Shown piece by piece: positions 44,024 to 52,193 of a stretch of 64,000 bases of DNA. Source of the DNA: an uncultured Candidatus Saccharibacteria bacterium (GTDB lineage: Bacteria > Patescibacteriota > Minisyncoccia > UBA6257 > JACOXY01); NCBI GenBank assembly GCA_964357615.1, contig CAYHMC010000005.1, positions 24,064 through 88,063 on the forward strand, read 5' to 3'. The translations under genes were made by a program, and so were the position numbers. Positions within the stretch are counted from its first letter, which is position 1, and each line of letters opens with the position of its first letter. The notes under the pieces were generated by a model that was not told where the DNA came from, searched no databases, and worked only from the letters and a program-made list of their open reading frames with translations.

Positions 44024-45838
44024 ATGTTTCAATCTAATAATCTCAATCCAGAAAACAACATCACAATCATAGGTATAGGTAAGCTTGGTTTATGCACTGC
44101 TTTATGTTTCGAAGCAAGAGGTTACAATGTTCTTGGAGTCGACGTCTCAGAAAATTATGTGAACAATTTAAACGATAAGACATTTACGTCTTCAGAACCA
44201 TTTGTTAATGCGTATTTAAAACAATCGACAAACTTTCAAGCTACAACAGACCTTGAAAGAGGTTTACGACATTCATCAAATCTTATTTTTATTGTTGTTC
44301 CAACACCCACACAAAAAGGTTCTAATACATACGATCATAATATTCTTATTAATCTTTTATCAAGTATAAATGAGCACAAAGTTAAGAATAAACACATTGT
44401 TATTTGTTGCACCGTAATGCCTGGTTTCATTACAAAGATCGCAAAATTTCTGATTAAAGACTGTGAAAATACCTTTCTCGCTTATAATCCAGAATTCATA
44501 GCACAAGGAAGTATCATTCATGATTTTGTCAACGCAAGTATGGTTCTAATTGGTGCAGAAAAAAAAGAAACTAGTGACGTGCTTCGAAAAATATATGAGA
44601 AAGTAGCCGATAATGCACGAATCTGTGTAATGAGTATCGAATCTGCAGAAATCGCAAAAATAGCTTTGAACTGTTTCATCACGACCAAAATTGCTTTTGC
44701 AAATATGATTGGTGATATTGCAGATAACACAGAAAATGCAAACAAAAATGATATTCTATTTGCAATAGGTTCTGATCCCAGAATTGGAAATAAATGTTTG
44801 AAGGCTGGATTTGGGTTTGGTGGCCCTTGTTTTCCAAGAGACAATCGAGCTTTAGCACACTATGCTCATTCTGTCAAAGTTTTTCCTTTTATTCCACTTG
44901 CAACAGACGAATCTAATAAGTTTCATACAGAAATCCAGTTTGAAGAATATGACAGAAAAAAAGATCCGATAGTTCTTGAAAATGTTGGATATAAGAACCC
45001 ATGTCCAGTTCCGATTATTGAAGAATCGCAAAAGTTAATTATAGCAGACAAACTAGCTTCAAACAATCACAAAGTTATTATCGTAGATCATGATCATATT
45101 CTAAACGAGGTTAAAAAGGTTTACAATGACAAGTTTACTTATGTTTCAAAAGACAAACTTCTTCATAAAATATATATTTCTCACTATTCAAAACTCAAAG
45201 ATAGAAGGGAATTTATGGATCAGCAATTGAAAAATCATAAAATAATAGATCTTGCACCTATTGATTGGATCGATTTTTACGATAGAGAAGACATAACAGA
45301 AGATCAGATTCGAAAAAATTTTAAATACAATCCACAGATTTGTCCAAGACATCTTACGATGGCTGAAATAGCTAATTTTATGGGTCATGCCCACGCCATA
45401 GAAGAAATTGCAAATAATGAAAGTGTATTGACAGGAATGATCATCGAAGATGATATGATTTTTAAACAAAACTACGTTAAGCACCTTGAATATGCTTTCA
45501 AAATAGTTCCTTCAAACTGGGATATCATTGTTGTTGGTGGTGCTTTTCATGGTGGTAAAGATTGCACTTTGAAAGACCAATACGACGATCCGAAAAAATT
45601 TCATATTTACAGACCATCTTCACCGTTTGTTTGCACAGGAAATTATATTATGCATAAAGAATCTGCTAAAAAAATAGTTTCATCGCCTTTTTTCAAACCA
45701 TTTTCAGCGCCTATCGACGACACTCTTTGTAAAATTGCTTCATCCCTTCATTTTAATGTTTATTGGTGTCGACCTTGGTTTTCTCTTGAAGGAAGTAAAA
45801 CTGGTAAATATGAAAGTGTAGCTGGAAGAGGTTTTTAA
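44024..45838 (+). CDS. Bifunctional UDP-glucose/GDP-mannose 6-dehydrogenase (N-terminal) fused to a glycosyltransferase family 25-like domain (C-terminal)
   Basis: N-terminal IIGIGKLGLCTALCF (NAD Rossmann GxGxxG) and GFGFGGPCFPRD (UGDH catalytic Cys motif GFGGSCFxKD). C-terminal ~200 aa KIYISHYSKLKDRREFMDQQLKNH...LTMAEIANFMGHAHAIEEIAN resembles GT25 (LPS glycosyltransferase) N-terminal motifs. Confidence 0.65.
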   Translation: MFQSNNLNPENNITIIGIGKLGLCTALCFEARGYNVLGVDVSENYVNNLNDKTFTSSEPFVNAYLKQSTNFQATTDLERGLRHSSNLIFIVVPTPTQKGSNTYDHNILINLLSSINEHKVKNKHIVICCTVMPGFITKIAKFLIKDCENTFLAYNPEFIAQGSIIHDFVNASMVLIGAEKKETSDVLRKIYEKVADNARICVMSIESAEIAKIALNCFITTKIAFANMIGDIADNTENANKNDILFAIGSDPRIGNKCLKAGFGFGGPCFPRDNRALAHYAHSVKVFPFIPLATDESNKFHTEIQFEEYDRKKDPIVLENVGYKNPCPVPIIEESQKLIIADKLASNNHKVIIVDHDHILNEVKKVYNDKFTYVSKDKLLHKIYISHYSKLKDRREFMDQQLKNHKIIDLAPIDWIDFYDREDITEDQIRKNFKYNPQICPRHLTMAEIANFMGHAHAIEEIANNESVLTGMIIEDDMIFKQNYVKHLEYAFKIVPSNWDIIVVGGAFHGGKDCTLKDQYDDPKKFHIYRPSSPFVCTGNYIMHKESAKKIVSSPFFKPFSAPIDDTLCKIASSLHFNVYWCRPWFSLEGSKTGKYESVAGRGF

Positions 45839-45875
45839 AAAATGATTTTAAAAATTTTTTTTAAAAAAAATAAAA

Positions 45876-46620
45876 ATGCAATACTACAAGATTTTAAACG
45901 ATGAAATGAAACATCATGAGTTTCAATACAAATTAGGGTTGAACATCGATACGTCTGATTTCGATGATAAAGAATGTGGAAAGGGTCTTCATTTTTGTAA
46001 GAAAGAAGATGTTGGATTGTGGCTGAGTTACGGTTCTAAATTAGCTTTTATTACTATTCCTGAAACAGCAAAAGTTTGTCATTTTAAGAATAAAAGTAAA
46101 GCAAATTCTATCTTTATCGAAAAAGTTATTAATTTGAAAGATTGGAATGAATGGGAAAATGAAAATTTCTGTTTAGAAGCTGTGAAACAAAATGGAAAAG
46201 CTTTATATTACGTCGAAAACCAAACTGAAGAAATCTGTTTAGAAGCTGTAAAACAGAATGGAAATGCTTTACAGTTTGTTAAAAATCAAACTGAAGAGAT
46301 GTGTTTGAAAGCTGTAAAACAGTATGGAAACGCTTTAGAGTATGTCAAAAACCAAACTGAAGAAATCTGTTTGAAAGCTGTAAAACAGAATGGAAATGCT
46401 TTACAGTTTGTTAAAAATCAAACTGAAGAAATCTGTTTAGAAGCTGTAAAACAGAATGGAAATGCTTTTTACAGTTTGTCAAAATTCAAACCGAAGAAAT
46501 ATGTTTAGAAGCTGTAAAACAGAATGGATGTGCTTTACAGTTTGTTAAAAATCAAACTGAAGAAATGTGTTTAGAAGCTGTAAAAAGGAATGGATACGCA
46601 TCAAAGTTTGTTAAAAACTA
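45876..46620 (+). pseudogene. DUF4116-like repeat gene with an apparent +2 frameshift (~46467); probable pseudogene or homopolymer sequencing error
   Basis: MQYYKILNDEMKHHEFQYKLGLNIDTS N-terminal domain and repeats are in frame to 46508 (stop after ...KPKKYV). Repeat-coding sequence continues in another frame to TAA ~46620. Indel at gcTTTTTa versus consensus gcTTTa. Confidence 0.55.
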
Positions 46621-46681
46621 AATTGAAAAGAAGCCATAAAATAATTTAATACACGCGAAAAATACATTTCAATCTTTATCG

Positions 46682-46713
46682 ATTTACGATACCAGAATTC
46701 TGGTATCGTAAAT
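46682..46713. terminator. Perfect 32-nt palindrome ATTTACGATACCAGAATTCTGGTATCGTAAAT (16-bp stem, EcoRI site at centre)
   Basis: Located ~60 nt downstream of the stop of the 45876 gene and immediately before the promoter motif of the next gene. Identical copy at 47761..47792. Confidence 0.55.
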
Positions 46714-46757
46714 TACTTTTTAAAAATGATTTTTAAAATTTTTTTTAAAAAATTAAA

Positions 46758-47699
46758 ATGCAATACTACAAGGTTTTAAACGATGAAATGAAATACAATG
46801 AGTTTCAATACAAATTAGGGTTGAATATTGATACTTCTGAATTCAACGATAAAGAAATGTGGAAATGCCCTTCATTTCTGTAAAAAAGAGGATGTTCCAA
46901 TATGGCTGAGTTACGGTTCTAAATTAGCTTTTATTACTATTCCTGAAACAGCGAAAGTTTGTCATTTTGGAAATAAAAGTAAAGCAAATTCTATCTTCAT
47001 TGAAAAAGTTATCGATTTAAAAGATTGGACTGAGTGGGAAAATAAAGAGTTTTGTTTAGAAGCTGTAAAGCAGGATGGATTGGCTTTAGAGTTTGTTAAA
47101 AGCCAAACTGAAGAAATGTGTTTAGAAGCCGTAAAACAGAATGGAAACGCTTTGTATTTTGTTAAAAATCAAACTGAAGAAATCTGTTTAGAAGCCGTAA
47201 AGCGGGATGGATGTGCTTTGTATTATGTTAAAAACAAAACTGAAGAAATATGTTTAGAAGCTGTAAAAAAGAATGTGTGTGCTTTGTATTTTGTCAAAAA
47301 CCAAACTGAAGAGATGTGTTTGGAAGCTGTAAAACAGTATGGAATAGCATTAGAGTTTGTCGAAAACCAAACTGAAGAGATGTGTTTGAAAGCTGTAAAA
47401 CTGGATGGATTGGCATTAGAGTTTGTTAAAAGCCAAACTGAAGAAATCTGTTTAGAAGCTGTAAAAAATAATGGATGTGCTTTGGAATTTGTTAAAAATC
47501 AAACCGAAGAAATGTGTTTAGAAGCTGTAAAAAGGAATGGATATGCTTTACAGTATGTTAAAAATCAAACTGAAAAGATCTGTTTAGAAGCTGTAAAACA
47601 GAATGGAAATGCTTTAGAGTTTGTTTTTTAACAAACTGAAGGAATTTGTTTAGAAGCCGTAAAACAGGACAGAAATGCTTCAAAGTTTGTTAAAAACTA
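46758..47699 (+). pseudogene. DUF4116-like repeat gene, tandem copy, disrupted by a +1 frameshift (~46855) and a premature TAA (47629-47631)
   Basis: ATG 46758 encodes MQYYKVLNDEMKYNEFQYKLGLNIDTSEFNDKE, then an extra A (gataaagaAAtgtgg versus gataaagaatgtgg in the 45876 copy) shifts frame, giving TAA at 46881. Repeats resume in the track ORF 46828..47631. AAAAAT changes to TTTTAA creating a stop, and coding-like sequence continues to ~47699. Confidence 0.55.
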
Positions 47700-47760
47700 A
47701 ATTGAAAAGAAGCCATAAAATAATTTAATACACGCGAAAAATACATTTCAATCTTTATCG

Positions 47761-47792
47761 ATTTACGATACCAGAATTCTGGTATCGTAAAT
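47761..47792. terminator. Second copy of the perfect 32-nt palindrome ATTTACGATACCAGAATTCTGGTATCGTAAAT
   Basis: Part of a ~200-bp direct repeat (about 46560..46757 and 47640..47837) comprising the gene 3' end, hairpin and following promoter motif. Confidence 0.55.
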
Positions 47793-47794
47793 TA

Positions 47795-47837
47795 CTTTTT
47801 AAAAATGATTTTTAAATTTTTTTTTAAAAAATTAAAA
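47795..47837 (+). promoter_or_regulatory. Class-1 upstream motif TTTTTAAAAATGATTTTTAAATTTTTTTTTAAAAAATTAAAA
   Basis: Immediately upstream of ATG 47838. Nearly identical copies upstream of 45876 (45841..45875) and 46758 (46722..46757). Confidence 0.55.
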
Positions 47838-48389
47838 ATGGAAAGTCAAAATAAGCTTAGCTCGAATCAAATTAATAAACTCAAACAAACGAAAATGCTT
47901 CTTCTCAAGCAAGAAGAAGACAGAAAAGAAATTGTAAGAAAAGAGAAAGAAAAACTTAGAGTTCTTTTTACGGATGATTTACTTGAAAAATTTAATGAAA
48001 CTCTTTTATCGTCTCAAGATAATTTTTTCTATATCGATTTGAATAAATTCAATAAATGCGATAAAAAGGAAACACCGTCTTCAATTTTCGAAAGACACTT
48101 TACCCGTAATTTGTCATACGACACGAACTCAATGGGAATTAAAGTTTCAAATTCAAATGTATCAATTCTGGTTTCTTATGAAGACGCATTTAAACTTTTT
48201 GCAAAGTTTTGCTACCATCTTAACTTCACTTTTCATGTTGTCATCAGTGAACAACAGCAAAGATTTTTAATCGATACAGAAAGACCTTTCAAATCAAGTT
48301 CTTGGAATTACGTCTCAATCGGAATTGAAAACGAAAAAGTAATTGTAAAATGTTTCAATCAAGATCAGGTTCTGTTCAGTTTGAATTAA
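47838..48389 (+). CDS. Hypothetical protein (~183 aa)
   Basis: Track ORF from 47805 starts at the motif ATG (MIFKFFFKKLK); the likely real start is ATG 47838 (MESQNKLS). Confidence 0.45.
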   Translation: MESQNKLSSNQINKLKQTKMLLLKQEEDRKEIVRKEKEKLRVLFTDDLLEKFNETLLSSQDNFFYIDLNKFNKCDKKETPSSIFERHFTRNLSYDTNSMGIKVSNSNVSILVSYEDAFKLFAKFCYHLNFTFHVVISEQQQRFLIDTERPFKSSSWNYVSIGIENEKVIVKCFNQDQVLFSLN

Positions 48390-48432
48390 TTATTTAAGAT
48401 TTTTTTAATTTTTTAAAAAATTAAAAATTAGA

Positions 48433-48792
48433 TTAAGGTGGTTGAATGAATTCGTAGCATGGACAATCCTTTTTCGCTTTCCAGTTGGCGTTTGGATCTA
48501 ACTCGTTAACTGGATAAAGAACCTTGTCATTGCATTGGTTCGCCGATTTATATACTGGCATCGGAATTCTGCCTATATTAAATATTTCCGGTTCAATGTA
48601 ATTATAAGGTTGAATATCATTTGCCTTTTCATTTACTTTTTCTTTTATTTTTTCTTTCATCGAATTTACAACTTTCTTAACCTTGTCTTCGTCCTTCTTT
48701 CCCTTTTTTAAAAGAAGGATAACAACAAGTAGAATAGCCAATATCAGAATTGAAACAATGATAATTATCATTTTATTTAAAGAAGCAAACAA
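48433..48792 (-). CDS. Small type-II-like membrane protein (119 aa)
   Basis: N-terminal TM IIIIVSILILAILLVVILLL; K/E-rich linker; C-terminal Cys pair (CNDK...CPCYEF). Confidence 0.35.
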   Translation of the reverse strand: MFASLNKMIIIIVSILILAILLVVILLLKKGKKDEDKVKKVVNSMKEKIKEKVNEKANDIQPYNYIEPEIFNIGRIPMPVYKSANQCNDKVLYPVNELDPNANWKAKKDCPCYEFIQPP

Positions 48793-48807
48793 AAAAACAA
48801 AACAAAA

Positions 48808-49311
48808 ATGACAAAGTATATCGGTGAAGTTTTTTTCGATCCTGTTAAAGAAAATTTATATCAGATTTTTTCACAATATTTCGGCAATCCACCTATGACG
48901 AAGATCAAAAACATTGATGATACTTATAGTATGTATGTTGTCAAGATAAACGCGTCATTGGCCATAGAATATCGGTATATTATTGCTTTTGTAAATAAAA
49001 ATAAAGATGAAATTGGAAGCAAAAAATTGCTTCACGAATTGAATTGGATTTCATTACAAACAAGAACTTTACAAGACGAACATAAGGTAGACGTTCATTC
49101 TTATATTTCAAGAATGTTTCAACCTTTGAACAAACCAATATTTTTAATTAAAAAAGACAGTAATCAGTATGTATATTCTGTAAACGATTATCCGGTTTCA
49201 GTTGTCATTCTTCCAAAAAAGAATATTGAAAATGAATATAGTGATAAAGGAAGCTTGATTAATGCTTTAGAAACATATCAAACAATTGTTACAATGAAAC
49301 GCGTTAACTAA
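48808..49311 (+). CDS. Hypothetical protein (167 aa)
   Basis: ORF only. Confidence 0.4.
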   Translation: MTKYIGEVFFDPVKENLYQIFSQYFGNPPMTKIKNIDDTYSMYVVKINASLAIEYRYIIAFVNKNKDEIGSKKLLHELNWISLQTRTLQDEHKVDVHSYISRMFQPLNKPIFLIKKDSNQYVYSVNDYPVSVVILPKKNIENEYSDKGSLINALETYQTIVTMKRVN

Positions 49312-50720
49312 ATAGGTTTTTTATTATGATTTTCCCACATTATATTTGCCCTTTCAAATAAATTTTTATGATTTGTTCTCGGAAATTTAGTTGTGAGTTC
49401 ATTCATGGCGCCATTAATGAATATATTTTTTTTCTTTTCCATTTCTTCCTTTATTTTGTTTTCAATTTCTATCTTTTTTTCTTCTATTTTCTTTTCTACT
49501 TCTAAGTATCTATCTATGTTATTTTTGTCAATAGGAGATTTCAAATTTTCATAAGCTTTCATACAGCCTTCTTTTCCTCTTTTAAGTTCTCCAGAATAAA
49601 ATCCTATGATTCCAAGTAGATGCCACCTTTGATAATCATAAACATGTTTGTCAACAAAAAGAATTGAAGAATGAGGATACTCTAATTTACAAGCCATATC
49701 TATATACATAAAAGCTATTTTCCAGTTGTGAGTGCAAGACCCTTTTTTCGCCTTCATTTCCGCATCTGCAACATTTTTGTAGTATTCTGCTATTTTGACA
49801 AATGGTTCAGCTCTTTGACTGTGTTGAAACGCCTTCATATACCAAGGCATGACATCATCCCATGAATGAGCCAAAGCACCAGCACTAAGACCGCATCTAT
49901 AATATGCATGATAAACTTCTTCTTCGAAATTACCCATGGTTGTTCTTTCTCTGTTGTAGAAAAGGGCTTCATCGTGTAAACCTAAGCATTGACATGTTTG
50001 ACCCAAATAAAAAACTGTTCTTGGATCTTGAGGATTTTTTATATAATCTTTTAGAAGGCATTCTCTGTCTCTAACAAACCGTTTATAAGATTTATCATCA
50101 TCCTTAGTTCTGTCTTGATAGATTATGATTTCTTCATCTGCTATTCTACCAAAAATATCATTTTCATTTTTTTCGTCTTTGTTCGGATTCACTAAATATT
50201 CATGAACCGAGCCTTTATAACGCCATCCAATTTTATTTTTAATAAATCTCGTGTTGTAGTATTTATCTAGTTTTTCTATGTTTCTATCCATAGATTTCCA
50301 TTGTTGACAAACTAAAAAGACAATATTACTTTTGGTTTCAAAATTTTTAGCGATTTTAATAAGGTTGCTGTCGCCTTTCAATTCGTCATTTGAATCCAAG
50401 AGTAAAAGATACTTAACATCTATTGTTTCCGCGAAATCTAATGAGACATTTCTCGATGTAGAAAAATCTTCGAAAACACCTTGAATGAGATATAAGTTTA
50501 TTTTATATTTTTTAGCAAATTCAACGCATATATTCACTGTGTTATCTGTGCTTCCAGTGTCATATATGACGATAGCACTTGCAACGTTCTTAACACTTTC
50601 AAGAGACACATGAAGCCTTTTTTCTTCATTTTTAACCATCATTAACAAACCTATTGTCGGGGATTTTTTATTAAGCTCATTAAGATTATTGAATTCAATC
50701 TTATGAAGTAGGTTAAACAT
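49308..50720 (-). CDS. Glycosyltransferase family 2 protein with C-terminal TPR-like region (470 aa)
   Basis: N-terminal IGLLMMVKNEEKRLHVSLESVKNVASAIVIYDTGSTDNTVNI matches the GT2 signature (hhhh.NEe..l...L.S......EiivvDdgStD.T). C-terminal helical repeats (YYRCGLSAGALAHSWDDVMPWYMKAF...). Confidence 0.65.
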   Translation of the reverse strand: MFNLLHKIEFNNLNELNKKSPTIGLLMMVKNEEKRLHVSLESVKNVASAIVIYDTGSTDNTVNICVEFAKKYKINLYLIQGVFEDFSTSRNVSLDFAETIDVKYLLLLDSNDELKGDSNLIKIAKNFETKSNIVFLVCQQWKSMDRNIEKLDKYYNTRFIKNKIGWRYKGSVHEYLVNPNKDEKNENDIFGRIADEEIIIYQDRTKDDDKSYKRFVRDRECLLKDYIKNPQDPRTVFYLGQTCQCLGLHDEALFYNRERTTMGNFEEEVYHAYYRCGLSAGALAHSWDDVMPWYMKAFQHSQRAEPFVKIAEYYKNVADAEMKAKKGSCTHNWKIAFMYIDMACKLEYPHSSILFVDKHVYDYQRWHLLGIIGFYSGELKRGKEGCMKAYENLKSPIDKNNIDRYLEVEKKIEEKKIEIENKIKEEMEKKKNIFINGAMNELTTKFPRTNHKNLFERANIMWENHNKKPI

Positions 50721-50754
50721 TTTTAAAAAAATATTTTGATTTTAAATAGAAAGG

Positions 50755-51789
50755 ATGAACAATTTTCTAAAAATTAGAAACGAGGAAAGTATGATTCAAG
50801 GTATAAATATGCTTCGATTTCCTGAAGATTACAAAAATAAAATCTATCTGTTTCCTGTCGCTTTGAATTATATTTTTTCTTATAGAAAGCAGACAAAGAA
50901 CACAATCAAAAATACAGAAATTTTCTTTCTTTCAAAAAATTTTTTAAATATAATCAAAAGAGAAGAAAGGTATTATCGTGATTGTATAGATATTCTAGAC
51001 AGAAACATCCCAGAATTTGACTTTTTAGACATTGTGAGAAAGTATGATGAAAGGAAAGAAGAAAGGAAGCAAAGGGTTGAAAGGGTTGAAAGAAAAGATG
51101 AAACAAAGAGTAAAGAAAAAATAAAATTAGTCTATGATGACAGTCAGAATTCACACAATTCTTCAATAAATAAAAGTGTCGTTCGAATCGCTTGTTTCCT
51201 TTGTGATAAATATAAACATATAAATCAGAGTGATGATGTGTTTGAAAACATTATCAATATACTTTTAGTTAAGTTTCCTAATGAAACCGAAACTATAGTT
51301 GAAAACATAGATTTTATAAAGACAAACACTTCATACTTTGACGAAAGCAAAAAAGTAACTCTTAAAAAAGTTTTTATTTCGGTTTGGTTGTGGATGACAG
51401 AGAATATTCATTTTTTAGAACTTCAAAATAGGTTGATAGAAGAGATGAAAGAAATGAATGGATATTGCACCACTGGTCATCTTGCGCGTTTAATAAATGT
51501 AATTCAGGGATATGAACAAGACGAAAATCTTAAAATTAAAATTTCACTTCAGAATCAATGTGATGCTGTCGTCAGTCAATATATCACATCTGAATTATCA
51601 AGACAATGTGATAACGAAGAAATTCAAGACGGAATGATTAGAGGAAATGAAGTTTTTATAAAGTTTATTAAAAAGATAATTAAAGCGAAAATACAAGAAT
51701 GGATTAAATTTTACGGAAAAGAAGCATTTCCATATCTAACAAAGAGCATTAACACTTTTTGTAATGTCGAAGTTTTTAAAGTAACTTAA
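50755..51789 (+). CDS. Hypothetical protein (344 aa)
   Basis: ORF; no recognisable motif. Confidence 0.4.
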   Translation: MNNFLKIRNEESMIQGINMLRFPEDYKNKIYLFPVALNYIFSYRKQTKNTIKNTEIFFLSKNFLNIIKREERYYRDCIDILDRNIPEFDFLDIVRKYDERKEERKQRVERVERKDETKSKEKIKLVYDDSQNSHNSSINKSVVRIACFLCDKYKHINQSDDVFENIINILLVKFPNETETIVENIDFIKTNTSYFDESKKVTLKKVFISVWLWMTENIHFLELQNRLIEEMKEMNGYCTTGHLARLINVIQGYEQDENLKIKISLQNQCDAVVSQYITSELSRQCDNEEIQDGMIRGNEVFIKFIKKIIKAKIQEWIKFYGKEAFPYLTKSINTFCNVEVFKVT

Positions 51790-51809
51790 AAAAAAATTAA
51801 AATATATAA

Positions 51810-52163
51810 ATGCCACGTGAATCAAGAAAGAAAAAAGAAGAAATTAAATCAAATCAAGTAGAAGAAACAGAAGAAGAGAAGGAAATTCGTATTCAAAAAG
51901 AAAAGAAACAGGTTCAAGATAAGCTTAAGTTATTTCTTAGAGAAAAGAAGTTTGAAAGAAACTCAAAACAAGCTAGAAATCATATTATAGATAAAATTGA
52001 AACCAAGCTTGAAACATCGACTAATTCAAAAGAAAGAAAAGTTTTAAAGAAAGACCTTAAGATGCTTGAAAAGATAGCTGAAAAGGACGACAGACAAGCA
52101 TCCGAGTTTCCGGATTACACAGACAACGCAAGTTATGGAGGTGGATTGGAACACCCAGAATAA
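51810..52163 (+). CDS. K/E-rich hypothetical protein (117 aa)
   Basis: ORF; start context TATATAAATG. Confidence 0.35.
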   Translation: MPRESRKKKEEIKSNQVEETEEEKEIRIQKEKKQVQDKLKLFLREKKFERNSKQARNHIIDKIETKLETSTNSKERKVLKKDLKMLEKIAEKDDRQASEFPDYTDNASYGGGLEHPE

Positions 52164-52193
52164 TTTTAATTTTTAAAATTAAATTAAAATAAA

